64,000 nt of DNA from Vicugna vicugna (Eukaryota), in contig MU058423.1 of the NCBI GenBank assembly GCA_013265495.1, forward strand, positions 4,510,793 through 4,574,792. Reading direction: 5' to 3'. Shown piece by piece: positions 25,294 through 39,570 of this stretch. A model generated the notes under the pieces. That model was not told the DNA's origin. It did no database searches and saw only the letters and a list, made by a program, of their open reading frames with translations. Position numbers and translations under genes: made by a program. The first letter of the stretch is position 1; each line of letters starts with the position of its first letter.

Positions 25294-26749
25294 GCATGTT
25301 TGCTGAGTCACCGTAAAGAAGGAAGGAACAGTATCATGGAGAGTGAGACAGTGACTCAGGGGCTACAGCTGTTTAGCAATTAGCGGGAAAGATCCAGGGC
25401 ATTTGATATGTCAGAAAGAAAATGGGGAGTATTTAGTGGTATAATCTGGTGACAGTAGATTCAAAGCTGGTTTTTTCAGGAGGGGAATGGTCTGAAAGCC
25501 ACAATGAAGACTGAGGCTGACCTCTACCTCACTCACAGCCCAGGGACACTGGGGTGATGGTGGGTCGACAAACAGCTGCCACTTTGCCTGCAGGGAAAGC
25601 AGGGCCCATCGGGGAGAGCTGGGTTTCAGCTGAGTGAAGAAGGTGAAGGGAAGAGGATTTTGCTGATAAGGGAACCGTGAATTTCAGAGTGGAAGACTTT
25701 CAGCAGTCGGATGGCTCGGGAGACAGGAGGATGTAGAGGTTCTTATTGCGATTAGAGTGTATATGTTCCAAGAGTGTGGTGATGCCAGACACAGGGATAA
25801 AGGCATGATGAAGCAAGTCCAAGGGTTGAAGGCAGAGGGCCCTTTCAGGACTTAAGATTTAAACTGGAGGGTGGGGGAGGGCAAGGTTCTGATTAGAAGT
25901 CCTAGTAGGTCTGATTTTAGGCTCGTGATCATGGATGAAGTGGACGGGAGCTTACTCAGAATGTGCTGTGTCCATGTCGATGGTCTTGGGACTCTGGGGA
26001 AGCTGATTCTTACACTTGAATATAGGGGCCACTTCACTTGTGATTATTTGGAAATTTATTGTCTTTCTCTGTGAAGAAATGAACCAACTTCATTTTATTT
26101 TATACAGTTACCAAGTTGGCTCAAAATCTTTTTTTGGCAGCCTGTCTTTTCCCTACAGATTTGTGATGCCACCTTTACGATGTATTTAATTCCCACATCT
26201 ATCCTGGACTTCAAAGCTACTGTGATTAATGAAATAAATATTCTTGAAGGAGTGCTACATAATTTATAATTACATATTTTGTTAATGTGATTTTCTCAAA
26301 ATGGTAGTCATAAAAGTATACTGCTCACATTGGCTGGGGTCGGGGGAGTCATTAAGTAATTAAAATTTCCCGTATGTTATAATAGAATTCTTATACCAAA
26401 GTGTTGTGAGAAAAATCTTCTTCACTATTTTCCCTCACTGAGCTTATAATTCTGCAGATGTTGGTCACTGTTTGCTTTTGTGCTAACATGGCTTTCGCCG
26501 TCAATGTCGCAGCAACAGAGCGTAACTCCCAGGACTAATGTTATCACAAATTGCCACCTGTCATAAGATAAGAGTATAATAAGGTTGAGCAAGTCCTTCT
26601 CTAAAGTAACCAGTAGGCCCTGGTAGGGTCACATATGGATTACAGCTTCACCTGGCACATAGACTGTACTGCCACCAACAAAGTGAGGCCGACAAATGAT
26701 TCATGATAGTCATGATGAAAATAAAACCACGACTACTGCTTATAAAATA

Positions 26750-26950
26750 GGTAGTAATCTTCGAGCACCTTATTAAATGCCTGGTACTATGCCATGGAGT
26801 TTGGTAGCATATGTTTAAAACAACAAGAAATTATTATTTTTGCTTTTACAGAAGAGAAAGCTAAGGCTCAGGGAAGTTGAGTAGCTTGCTTAAGTCACAT
26901 AGCTGGTAAGTGGCAGAGCTAGAATTATACCACGTCTGTGCTCTATTCTT
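26750..26950 (-). mobile_element. MIR SINE
   Basis: ttttacagaagagaaagctaaggctcagggaagttgagtagcttgcttaagtcacatagctggtaagtggcagagc. Confidence 0.75.
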
Positions 26951-29900
26951 AAGTAGTAGATTTTGTTGTTTGTTTTCTTCTAACTTTACTGCTAGATATT
27001 GTTTAGATTAGTTAGAGGACAGAGAAAATCTCATAAAAAACTAACCTCCAGAGCCAATAACATAAGAATACCTTAGTTATTTTGGCTTTGAATAAGTAAT
27101 TATCAGCCCCAATTAATATATTCACAAAATCAATGCATACATATGCAGCCCATCTAGCAATTATCTATCTGTCTGTCTATCTGTCTGTCCATCCATCGAC
27201 TCACCACGTCAGAATAAATTTGTATAAATGATTTTAAAATTAGAAAACACTTACATAAATTAAAAGGTTAAAAAAAACAGCAAAATATAAGCGGTTTTAA
27301 TTTAATAAAATCCAGGATTATGGAAATTCCAATTGTAAAAATATATAATTGAGTGCCTTTTATCTGTTATTATAAAACACATACCTCGAAAGAGAATATC
27401 TTTATTAACAATGCCTGAAGGAGTTTGAGAATGAAAGTCCAGTTTTATCAGATTATGAGGTCTGTATTCTAATTCCCCACAAGGAGTGAGTGGTTTGTTA
27501 AGCATTTTTTTTCACTTTTATATTAAATGTAGGTTAGATTTTAATGTGACAGAGAAAATGTAAATTAAATAATTTTCTAAGGCATCAGAAAAAAACAGCA
27601 ATTTTGTTTCTTCCGACAAATCAAAAGTAGTGGATTTTTTTCCCTTTAACCGAAGTGTGGTCCACATATTGATCATATTATTGATTTTCACTCAGTAATT
27701 TTATGCATTTTGTTCAAAGGCTTTTCTCTTTTTGCATTGCGTTGGGCAGTAGGCATTTAAAACCAGGGTGTGGGGATCTGACAGTCACTATAACAGGAAC
27801 GCTAATAGAAGATGGATTTCCCATGGTGTTCTGGTGGCAGGTACCTCTGTTCTGTTCTTTGAGTATGCTGATCACTGTGCCCCGAGGGCATCGGCATAGT
27901 TTCCTTCTCCCAGAATGCACTGACCCCAGACGTCCACACAGGTCTCCCCCTGACTTCAGTCAGCTGTCTTTTTATCTCTTGCTTTCTTGGATCTTTCCTG
28001 GGTGGCCTTCTTAATGCTGTGTCTCATCCTCTCTGCAGCCCTGTACCTTCCTCTTGTTCATGAACATAGGCATACCTCAGACTTTATATATGCATGTTTC
28101 TTGCTGTCTGTTCCACTAAAATATAAATTACAGTCTATCAGAGATTATTTTTGTTCACTAATGTGTCTTCAGGGCCTAAAACAGTGTGGCACCTAATGAA
28201 CACTCCAGGAAAGTTTGTTAATCGAGTGTGTTGAATTTTTAATGTATAAACACTTGTGGTTTCTCTTCCTTTACTTCCCTATATCCCAAAGTATCTGATC
28301 TATGGGGAGCAGCTTTTGATTTCTTTTTTCCTTCCTTTAAAACAAAGTAACCTTTTTACTGATTTGCAGCCTGCCTCTGGTGGAAGTTGGTCTTCGTAGA
28401 AAGTCATTTAGGCCATTAACAAGAAAGCAAACCCATTAAAAATATGCAAGCTCTTGGAAAACAAAATCCAGTATTCTAATTAGACCTATTAAGGCAATTA
28501 CAGAGCACTATAAATGATGTAAAAGTTTTGTTGGGCTCCTCATGGTACCAATGACAAAAAGCCAAGGAGTCCCTATTTTTCTAAACAAAGATAAAGAGTC
28601 TAGGTGATTAATTTCAGCACCATTGAGTTAATTTGCAATGAGTCAACAGCAGAAAGCATTTCCATGGGCATAGAATAACGGTAGAAGACGGCTGTTTTAC
28701 CACTCGATGGTAATACAGCTATTTGTCAGGGAATGCTTTAGTAATGAACCACCTGTTGACAAGAAAGAAGAAATATAAAAAGTTTCCTGAAACAATTTGT
28801 AGTCTTCAGTTGCAGCCAAATCTCTGAGATTTCTCTGATCTGCATGCACGTTTAAAAAGATTCTTAATTGCTGCCTTAATATTTTTTGATGGGTGATCAA
28901 AACATTGTGACTTCTGTTTCAGAAGACAACTTCAGGCTTGTGAGCTAGTAATAACAGCTTCCAACCTGTTCCCTGAAAGGCACCGCTTGTTGTGTGATGG
29001 TATGGAAACCACCTCATTTAAGGAAATTAAAAATGAGGCTGTGGTCAATACAACCTTAAAGGAAATATTGTCCATACAGTCTTGTGAGAGACTCTTTTTT
29101 AAGTACTTAAAAAAAAAAGACCTCAATTGTTTATAATCACTCTGAAGTAACTGAAACAGATCTAACTACTTCCACTCTTCAGATGAAGAATTGAGGCAGA
29201 AAAGTTAAGAAATTTCCATAAGACTGTTCAGTATGGAAGGAGAAGTATTAGCTCAGGACTCAGCTTCCCTAAGTCCTCGTCTGCCACAAGATGGCTGCAA
29301 TGAGGTGGTCCCTGATACCGTGTGACTATTGCCCCAATCTCAGCTGCATAGTGAATTTTCAGTTTTTTTTTTTGTGCCTTGTGGCATCACATATTACATA
29401 AGCATATTTATTATTATTCACCAAATTACGACAGATCTGCAGAGTCAGCTAGGGTAGAATGAGCGTGAAGGAAGGGCAACCAAGAGCATATGTGCAGATG
29501 TTTGACGTCTATTAAGAGTCATCCACAGTGGTTTTGCCAAGGACAGGAAGCCATCAACAGAACTGCTTAAGGCTGCCGATCTTGTACAATGCCCACCTCC
29601 AAGCTAAACTAAGCACAACTTAGTTATTTTGGTTTTGCGTTAGTGATTGTCATCTCCGTTTAATGCATTCATAAAAACAACGTGTATGTATTTTAATTGG
29701 TATATACCCCATGACGGAATGGCGTAGTATAAGAAGATAAACCAAAACGAAACATAATTAATGTCCCATTTTGACCTCCTAAAACCCAGGATTTAAAAAT
29801 CCCAGTTGCAGAGGCATAGCTAATTGTGTTGCTTTAACCCATTGCTGCAGCACACATTCTTTAAGAATGGATATTTCTTAATTCAGATCTTATTAAAACT

Positions 29901-30893
29901 AATAATTGTATTTTTCTTCTGATAAGATGTAGATTAATGATAGTATGAAATAAATGCCTCAGGAAATCCAGTCTGTGGACTGAGCAGCTTGGTTCTTGGC
30001 TTGTCTTCAGATTGCCTGTCCTAATCTTAAGATGCGTTGACCACGTGAGGTCTTTCTGTTACGTTTCCATTACAGGCTAAGAGTCCATTGAGAGCAGAAG
30101 CTTTCCCTCGTATCTTTTTGTCACTTTTGCTTAACATCATACCACAGGTATCGAATACACGGTGAGTGCACCAAAAATTGTATGTCTGATCAGCATTCAA
30201 AGTGTTGGTCTAGAGAAAGCTATATGTATTCCTGGAATGGTTAAATGGGAAGAGGAGCTAATGGTTAAATTTGTCTTTGGAGCTATTACACAGGGGACCT
30301 GGTGAAAGTCATTGAATATGATTCAGATTTTATTTAAAGGATGAATTGAAACTTCTGAAAAAGACCTAGAGAGCATATCTAGGGTCTGTGAAGCCTCGGG
30401 CTCCTCTTTCTCCACATAAGGTACAGACCATGGAGAAGAAGAGAGGGTATGTTCAACTAAACACTTGGTTGCTAGATGATGTCAGTGTTTTCCTACACAG
30501 TGGTTTACGAGTGCCAAAATGAGGAGCTCATAATGGGAAAAAGTGGCATTCCAAGGATGGAGTAAGTTCTTTTGCTGAAAGATCTGTCAGGATGATCAGC
30601 TGAAAATAGATCAAGGATTGTAAAACATGTAAATATATTCTGTTGTCTTAAACTGACCTAGAAAGGGGAATAACGATAGAGAAATTTCCCAATAAATCAT
30701 ATGAAAAATGAAAAAAAAAAAAACCCCAAAACTTCAGATGACAGACAATGGCACAACTTAGTTATATGAATCCAAAGATATTGCTGAGATTCAGTATAAT
30801 AGAGTAGACGACGAGAATTTTGGCTATAGGGATACAGATAAGTACTGTGTAATAGAACTATAGAGTGAGCCACATTTTCTAGTAGTCACATTG

Positions 30894-31650
30894 TGTAGTG
30901 TAGCCACATTGGCCTTGCCCCCAAGAGAGGTTTAGCTTTGCCCTTTCTTGCAGGAGTAATCTATGTCACACCTGATAGCAGTGTCTTTGTTTAGGATAGG
31001 GGCTGGTCACACCAGATCTTAAGGTAGGACCAACCACATCCAATAGTCTCAGAGTCGGGGCTGGCCCCACCAGAAAGAACAACCATATGACTTATAGTGG
31101 GGGCTTTGGGTCATATGGTATCAGTCGATCTGGAAGCTGAGTTCATCCATGTGGGAAATCGATCAATCTTGCCTTTGAAATGAAGCCTCAATAAAAACTT
31201 TGTTCACCAAAGCTTGGGTGAGCTCCCCTGGTTGGCAGTACTTGATGTGGAAGGTCACACTTCCTGTGACAATACATCCTGACACCCGTGGAAGCTTTGC
31301 ATTTGGAACTGTCCGAGAATCTGCCCTATGAGTCCCTTCTCATGGCTGATTTCACTTTATATCCTTTCCCTGTGATAAAACCATAACTGCGTGTATAATA
31401 GCTTTCAGTGTGTTCTGTGAATCCTTTTAGTGAATTATCAAAACTGAGTGTGGTTTTGGAAACCCCTTGAATTTGCAGTTAGTGCCTGAAGTGAAGGCAG
31501 TTTTCCCTCTAACTTTAAAGTTAGACCTTAATTCCTCACAGTTGATGTCAGAAATCTTGGATACACTTGGTGCCAGATGTCTTGGGCACAGTTTGCAGTC
31601 TGGAGGAATGTGCCCTCAACTTCACAGTCTGGCTAATTCTGAGTATACAT
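30894..31650 (+). mobile_element. ERVL-type solo LTR (MER21/MER68/MER77 group)
   Basis: ggggctggtcacaccaga repeats, caataaaaact, ctcccctggttggcagtact, gaagctttgcatttggaac and gttctgtgaatccttttagtgaattatc. Confidence 0.75.
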
Positions 31651-31820
31651 TAATAGGTGAAAATATGTAAGTGAATTAATGTTAGCACTACATTTTATTT
31701 AACTCAGCATATTAAAAATACTGTCATTTCAACAGGTCACTGAATAAAAATTATGAATCAGTTATTTTATATTATTTTCTTCATACTAAGTCTACTGGCC
31801 AGTGGCTACGATGTTGGACA
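31651..31820. mobile_element. MER3/MER33-like hAT element, split by the LTR (other part ~30845-30893)
   Basis: ttttatttaactcagcatat...tcatttcaaca...catactaagtct...agtggctac...ttggacag. The left part reads ttttctagtagtcacatt. Confidence 0.6.
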
Positions 31821-32339
31821 GGGCCAGCTACAGATTGCTTAAAAATAATAGAGCTCTACACAGAAGAGATCAAGTATTGTCACTTGTCAAGACAACATTA
31901 ACCTACCATAAAAACTCATGAACCTGAAGGCTGAGGCAGATTGGAGAACATTCGGGTTCAGAGCAAAAGGGGAAAAGAATGTAAGTAATGGGAGACTGAA
32001 TGTACAAGTCAAGTACATGGACGGATATCCCCGAATCTGATTACAGAACTGGCACAGAGACAGTTTATGGCAGCAGCACTGGGGGATTTTAGCTATCAGA
32101 TCATCCACTGGCATCTTCATTCAGCAAAAAGTCAGTACCTAGGATAAATTCTTGCCATTTGTTTCAGGATGTCTCTCCCTCCGTCTTTCTCTTTCCTCCT
32201 TGACTCTTGCTTGCCTTCTCCTCTTGCATTCTTCCCTCCCTTCTTCACTCCTTCACTTTCTTTTTTAAACTTTCCCCTTTTCTTTTAGCAGGTATTTATT
32301 GACTGCTTGTTTATATGTCATGTACTGTTTTTCTCCTAA

Positions 32340-32542
32340 CAATTTGATCCCCAACCTCAGTGGACATTTGGCTACATCTGAAGACATTTTTGGTTGTCAT
32401 AACTTGGGGCAAGGGTACTACTAGAATATAGTAAGCAGAGGCTAAGGCTATTGCTAAATATCCCACAATGTATAGGGCTATTCCCCATCTCAAAAATTAA
32501 TCCAACCCCAAATATTAATAGTGCTGAAATTGAGGAACTCTG
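32340..32542. mobile_element. MER20 hAT-Charlie element
   Basis: ggacatttggc...gaagacatttttggttgtcataact...agaggctaagg...tgctaaa...ccaaatattaatagtgctgaaattgaggaactctg. Confidence 0.8.
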
Positions 32543-33099
32543 TTCTAGAATGTTTTAGAGATGAAGGGAGCTACTTTCCAAGGGATAATTTTGGTTAATA
32601 AGGAAAAAGTGAAAGTTAAAAAAATAATTACTGTAATTAATAATAGTAATAATAATATTAATAATTAATATAATAGGTAGCACTAGTGTGTTTACTATTG
32701 TATAAGAACTATGGTAAATGTTTTACTTATGTTAATCTCCCTGATATTTGCAACCTAATAAATAGATATTACTATTATCTTCATTCAAATAAATATTACG
32801 CTTACCTAAGAATGAGGGCACTGAGACCTGTGCCCACTAGCTGAAGCTGTGAAGTGGCGGCATCGTCATGCTGGAGCAGCGAGAGAAAGGAGCAGCTGAC
32901 TCACTCAAGTGCTTGCCGTTAACACTGAAGATACGGCTTTCACAAATGGAGGGAAGTGTAGTGGGCTTCTGTGATTCGTGGCTGTAGTACAGAGTGGCCA
33001 AATAGGACTTGGAGTTTTGAAAGCACAATCTAACAGTGATACAGAGAATGACCTCATTAAAATAATGTTTTCTAAAGAGACAGCATCCAAAGCAGATGC

Positions 33100-33533
33100 T
33101 GTCAGTATCCTTGCCATAGTCACTGAACACACACAGTTCCCACACTCGCAGACCCCAGCTTCCTAGCATAAACACCTGCAGCTTTGGGCCTGAGACTTTT
33201 CTTGGGAAGAAAGAAGGTCCTTGGCCTGCAAGGGGCAGCCCAGACATGTTTTTGGACTCCATTTCTTTGGCTGAAGCCTTCACTAATGGTTGACAAGAAC
33301 ATGCATAATAAGTGAGCTTCCTTGGTCCTCTGAGATGCACTCTGCAGTTTCCCAAGCAACTCAGCAGAATTGAGGCTCTGTTGTCCACAGTGGCATCCTG
33401 CTTTTTTAACACATCTTGCATTGAATTACATCCTTTCCCGGACTCATTTACTGCATCTTCTGTGGGTGCTTCCTAGAAAGACTTGGCATGTGTAACCCTG
33501 CTCAAGGTCTTCTGGTGGAACCCAACCTAAGAT
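33100..33533 (+). mobile_element. LTR16-like ERVL solo LTR
   Basis: Ends ctcaaggtcttctggtggaacccaacctaaga, with internal cagaattgaggc...gttgtccacagtgg. Confidence 0.65.
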
Positions 33534-35734
33534 GGGTGTTCTCAGATTAAGTCAGATTTAGAAATAACCTGGAGTAATAAGAATGAGGTCCAGCAATGTA
33601 AGGATGAATATGAATAAACCAAATAACTTGAAAGTCCAAAATAAGCTAAGACTTACGAAAATTGCTGTGGACAACTAACTGGCTGTCTTAGGAACTGAAG
33701 GAAGAATAATAAAGACATGAGAAATGTTAAGTTTCAGTGTTGAAGAAATGGAACACAATATTACTTCTATCTTCTCTGTTAAGAAAAGTATCTTTATCTT
33801 TAATAAAAAGAGTAAAACAAATATCAGTAAAAGGGAATTGTAATCCAAATTCTTTGGAGAGGTAGAGGCTTCTCGGCCTACAAGGGGCAGGGAAGACAAA
33901 TAAGAGAGTAATCTCTTCTGGAAAAGCCTTCAACGGATGATTGACGAAAGTTTGTGCGTAATGATTTAGCTTCATTGCCCCTCTGAAATGTGCTCTCTGC
34001 AGTGTCTGAGGTCTTCAGTGGCCTAAACTGTTCAAGTATCTTCATCTAGACAAATTATATTGCAGGAAAAAGGACACTTGAAAATGATACAGCTAAATAT
34101 CTGTCAGAAATCTCAGAAGAATAATGAAAAACGGGAGGATAGATATAATTGATTGAAGTATAAAGATATTTTATTGATCAAATGTATTCCCCTTAATATA
34201 TCTGGACAGGATTCCAAAATAAATATAAAAAAGAATAGTTTGTAAGCATTTGTCCAATGAAAGTGTAATCATTTGGAGCCTGAATGGGTTTTTTGACTAT
34301 TCCTGGTTTACTTGGATCTAAAGGAGTAAAAAGACCCTGAACTCTCCCTGTTCAGTGTCAGTTTTGTCACCTCAGTTGTAACTCTGTCTGTTACAGTTTT
34401 TTAAACGATGAGGGAGTTAGAAATATATGTTAAATGACAGACCTGATTTTTATCTTACAGAAAAGTGGTAACATAAGGAACGTAGCTTACTACCTTTTAA
34501 AAAACATGTCTCAAGAGAATTCAAAGGAATGCATTTTGAAACAACTTCATTTCATTTTATTTCAGCTTTTTCCTGTCGATTGCTCAGAGCTTGCAGTTGT
34601 CTAAAAAACTTAAAGGAAATTAAACCAGCCATAAGAGAACTACATAAATTATAAACCATTTGAAGTGATTCTTATTATACTAACTTAAATATCAACATAA
34701 AGATACAATTTAGGGTCATGATTAATGTTTTCTGGTACTGCATTAATGACTGGAATGTCTGGTGACAGAATTAATGAACAAAGGTGTTCTATTGTTACTT
34801 TTGTGCCCTGCTTTGTAACTCATTTAGTTTGGAGATCTTTGCATTTCTTTTGAAGTATGTAGAAGGAAGTTTCCCTGTGCGTATTTATGATTTAGTATGC
34901 ACACTCAATAAATATTAAAATATTAATCTATTTTAAAAAACACACTGTTCTAACATCTCCTCAGATATATTCCATAATTGGGGATCCAGTGAGTAAAAAC
35001 AGCTATACTTCTGATCGATACACTGTTTTTCCTAAGGCTTGTATCACAGTTCACTCATCTCTAAATGGCTGTATTTTTAGTGTTTTATGGCAGTGGTGGC
35101 AGTGATGGTGGCAGAGGAGAATGAGGTTATGGGTCCTACTGCACATGGAGGTGGTCAAATCTACTAGTAATACGCTGGTAATTTAAAAATTACGTAGAGA
35201 AATTTAATGATTTAACCACGAAAGGTGTGGATACCTGCTTCTCATCAGCACATAATCCAGAGTAGGGCTGGAGCCAGGTCAGTGCTATCCTGTCATGTTA
35301 AGTCTCTGGTGGCTGAAAAGTATCTTCTCATGAATGCCTGTTAGTGGTTTTTAACGCTCCACATTGCCTTTTAGCTCCTCCTGAGACAGAGTATATGTAG
35401 ATATCAGAACCTGATTGTAAGCAATCCAACAATTTAACCGTCTCAGTGTTTCATAGGATCTTTGATGCAAAATTGTTGAACCATCAGAAAGGTCTTACTT
35501 TGTCAACACATTTCAGCTAATTAAATCTCTCGGTGCTCAGCAGACATGTTCAACGCTGTGTAGGTCAGTTGTTTCTCCGTTTCACTTTCAGAGCTTTTGT
35601 CAAAGCTCATTCTCAAATCAGTTGTGTAGCAACTTCCTCTCACACACGGTGGACTGCTAGCTATTTGGAAGTATTAGAAAATGAGGTGTTTTGATTACGT
35701 GCGGAGTCTATCCAAGTGGAATTAACACAAATAT

Positions 35735-36942
35735 CAACTTAGAGTAACACAAAAACAATGAACAAGGCTTTATTCTTTTAAAGTCAATGTTGCAGTTTAA
35801 AATTTTTAAACAAAATGATAGATGCCTCAAGGTAAACAAACAATTAAATAATTTTAAGAAGCAAATAAATTAATTCAGTAAGTAGGATTTGATATGAAAA
35901 AAAATTAGTTTTTCGTTTTTCTCTTCTCATCCATTTTTCTCTCCTCAGAGAAGTCACATCTTTTAAATATCTATCTATCTATTTATCTGTCTGTCTATCT
36001 ATCTATCCATCTATCCATCATGTGTATGTGTGTAATATTTACCTCCTGTTTCTAAGTAACATGTTTGTATTGCTACTCTTTGATTTTTTCAGGGTTTGGC
36101 ATTATCTACTGATTCCCTGCAATGAAAGGAGAGGCTTATCTGTCTTCCCTGCCTCTCATCTCTCTCTCTCTCCCCTACTCAAATCTCATCCTCTCAATAT
36201 AGCTGTATTGTAATTCTGGTTGGAACAGATTTCAGTGTTTATGTTATTAAGACCAGGACATTCTATCCAGAACTGCACTGCATAATAATCTATGAGTTCC
36301 TGGACTGTTGCTGTTGAGAAGCCAAGGCTACAACTTAGAGTAACACAAAAACAATGAACAAGGCTTTATTCTTTTAAAGTCAATGTTGCAGTTTAAAATT
36401 TTAATCAAAATGATAGATGCCTCAAGGTAAACAAACAAATAAGTAATTTTAAGAAGCAAATAAATTAATTCAATAAGTAGGATTTGATATGAAAAAAATA
36501 TTAGTTTTTCGTTTTTCTCTTCTCATCCATTTTTCCCTCCTCAGAGAAGTCACATCTTTTAAATATCTATTTATCTATCTATCTATCTATCTATTTACCT
36601 ATCTATCTATCTATCTATCTATCTATCCATCATGTGTATGTGTGTAATGTTTACCTCCTGTTTCTAAGTAACATGTTTGTATTGCTACTCTTTGATTTTT
36701 TCAGGGTTTGGCATTATATACTGATTCCCTGCAATGAAAGGAGAGGCTTATATGTCTTCCCTGCCTCTCATCTCTCTCTCTCTCCCCTACTCAAATCTCA
36801 TCCTCTCAATATAGCTGTATTGTAATTCTGGTTGGAACAGATTTCAGTGTTTATGTTATTAAGACCAGGACGTTCTATCCAGAACTGCACTGCATAATAA
36901 TCTATGAGTTCCTGGACTGTTGCTGTTGAGAAGCCAAGGCTA
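35735..36942. repeat. Head-to-tail tandem duplication (596 bp + 612 bp)
   Basis: Copy 1 is 35735-36330 and copy 2 is 36331-36942. Both run caacttagagtaacac...gagaagccaaggcta, with about 10 substitutions and different (ATCT)n lengths. Near-identical ORFs appear at 36022 and 36634. Confidence 0.97.
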
Positions 36943-39372
36943 CTCTGATTCCCGTTTGTCTGGGAATTTCATGGTGATGTTCTGTGGTTTGGCTGTATTT
37001 TTTACCATTTTTGCTGGCACTTGGTGAGCTTCTCAGTCAGTTCTGGGAGATTATCCTTTATTATTTCCTGGATGATTTTTCTCTCAGTGTTCTCTGTTCT
37101 TTCCATTCTATCATTTGGAGTTTGAATCATCTAGAATGATCCTCTCTTTTTCTTATCTTTTTCCTCCGATTTCCCTTTAAGTTTTTTCTTTTTACTTTTT
37201 TGCTTCCATTTGTGGTTTATGTATTCAGTACTGTTATGTGTTGTGAGTTATGAGTATCGGTTACTTTTTTCATTTCCAATAACTCTCTTTTTGCTTTAAA
37301 ATGCTTTAAAAATAATATTTTGCTCTTGTTTCATGGTTTTGATACCTTCTTTTGCTTCTCTGAGGATGCTGATGAGAGTTCTCTCTATTCTGTTGCCCAT
37401 TTTCCCTCCAGGTTGCTTTTCCTGTTTGATTACTTTGATCTCATGTTAGATGTTTTCCTCAGATGCCTGGTACTACTCAGCTGTCGCATATTCAAATGTA
37501 GGGGCCTTAAAACTCTGACTGTAAACTCTGAGATGAAGGGAGTTAAGCATCTATGAGCTTTGCTGCAGGATGGTCGAGGTGGGCAGTTCACTTGGGAAGA
37601 CCCCGGCATCTCCATCTTCAGGGCTTTTACCTCAGGTTGGTCAGATTCCGCAGAGAATGATCCTCCATTCCCCTGTGTGAGATGAAGGGTGGCTGTCAGC
37701 GCTCTGGGATTTGGAGATGTCCATTCCTAAACTCTTCAGAGACTCAAGAGACATAAGTAGGATCAGCTTGGAGCTTTGCCCGGCTCCCATGTAGGACTCA
37801 GTTTTACTCCACTCGTCCACCTGTTTCCACCTTCCACACCTTATTGCTGTTGTCCCTTCTCCCGTCATCTGAGTTTTTGTGGGATAACATGAAAAAAAAA
37901 AAAAAAGAAGTCCACTTATGCTGTTTTGGTGGAATTTTTTGAGGAATTAAAAATAGATGGTGTGTGAAATTTGGTGTTTTTATTTGGAATCTTGATCTTT
38001 CTGAAGTTATTCTTCAGAAAATGAAGATGAAAATCCAGACATTATCCAGGCTATGTTCAGGTTTTCTGGGAAGGCTGCTCCTAAATTCATCAAAACAGGC
38101 ATTAGTCAAAATTAAAACATAGTCTAAGAGCAAGATTGACCTTGTGATGATAATGGTTGAAATTGGATAATATATACATACATTCATCATACATACTCTG
38201 CACTGTTGCATATATTTGAATTTTCCCACAATGAAAAGTTAAAAAAAATAAAGGCTATTACACTGTCCTTAGCAAAAGTTTCTAAATCCATGAACCAAGT
38301 AGTTTTTTCTTAAATTTTACTTAGCATTTTGTCATATGTATTATATATTCAAAAGAATTTAAATTGTATGCCTCTACAAAAGCTGTAGGCATCAGTCATA
38401 AGACCACAAGTCCTTTTGAATTAAAATCAAGTTAACTTCCTAGTAATCTAGCATGCTGTTGCTATTGGCTTAAATAGCCATTTCATTGCTTACTGGTTCA
38501 TATTTTTCAGAACCATTTCTCAGTTTCTTTTCTTTCTCTTCTGCCAGAAACTCTAGCTTAAGATGGTCCCTCCTAATCTCAGTGCAATATACACCTAGTG
38601 CCTCAATTTAGGTGCTGAGATTTCCTTTTGTCTTTCACTGCTTTCCCTACATGTCAGCTGACGTATATAAAAGAAAAAGATGAGCTTGGAAAGGATTTTA
38701 TTGTACCTTAATGAAATAAATTCAAGGTCACTAAATATCTATATGATTACAATTTGTCTAAAAAATATATCTTCCTATGGGATAAAAAATTTTTCTTAAT
38801 ATTTTGTAAAAATATTTTGGAATATAAAATTTGTTTTGCATGCTGTGTTCTACTCAGAGAAGTGCAGCAATTTAGTTATGATATCTTATAGCAGTACTGC
38901 CAAAAGTAACTTTGGACAATAACGCACCTGACCAAAGGTATAAAAATATATCATGGAGATCAGGAAATTTTGGCTATTTATAGCAACTCCTTTAGGACTT
39001 GGAAATTAGAGGCAATCAGGCAGAAATTCAAGATAGAAGCAGTAAAGAGAAATGTCAAATTTATGAAAACACTCTAAGCAATCCCACTAATTCAACATTG
39101 GTTAATAAGCATTTAGTTCCACTGGTCGCACTTAGACTTTTATGTTATCATCACATTATTTGTCCTCTGAATTTTATTTTAGTTTAATTTATCAAAGCCC
39201 AAGTAAATCTATGAAACGACATTTGTTCAACACGAGAAGTCTGGGAACCTTGAGATCTTTATTTGAGGAATGTGTATTATTGAAATGAAAGAATCAGAAT
39301 AGGTTTTCTATTGGAATGTGGGAGATCAAAGAATCCTAAGCTTGGAAGAAACCATCAGAAACTAGCTAGTCA

Positions 39373-39570
39373 AGCAGTTCTCAGCCAGGGCTGTTTACAG
39401 TCCCTCTAAGGAGGATTTGGAAATGTATTTGGGCATTTTTCATTGTTACGTGACTGAATAGAAGGGGCCCCACTAGCAATTTAGTGCCTGGAGGGCAGAG
39501 ATGATAGACATACTACAGTGTTTGGGATGGTTGGTGTAATGGGAATTGTCCTTTCCAATTCCTGATAAGG
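39373..39570. mobile_element. MER20B-like hAT element
   Basis: cagttctcagccaggg...atttggaaatgt...ggcatttt...cactagcaattta...tgatagacat. Confidence 0.55.

Noticed and set aside
29615..29765. Possible palindromic MITE (ttttggttt ... aaaccaaaa)
   Set aside because: The pairing is too short and gapped to distinguish from chance.
32837..33421. 194 aa minus-strand ORF
   Set aside because: Half of it lies in an LTR16-like repeat, and there is no recognisable protein motif.
36022..36825. Two near-identical 63 aa ORFs suggesting a small gene pair
   Set aside because: They are by-products of the tandem duplication of old repeat-like sequence, with GTG starts and no gene structure.
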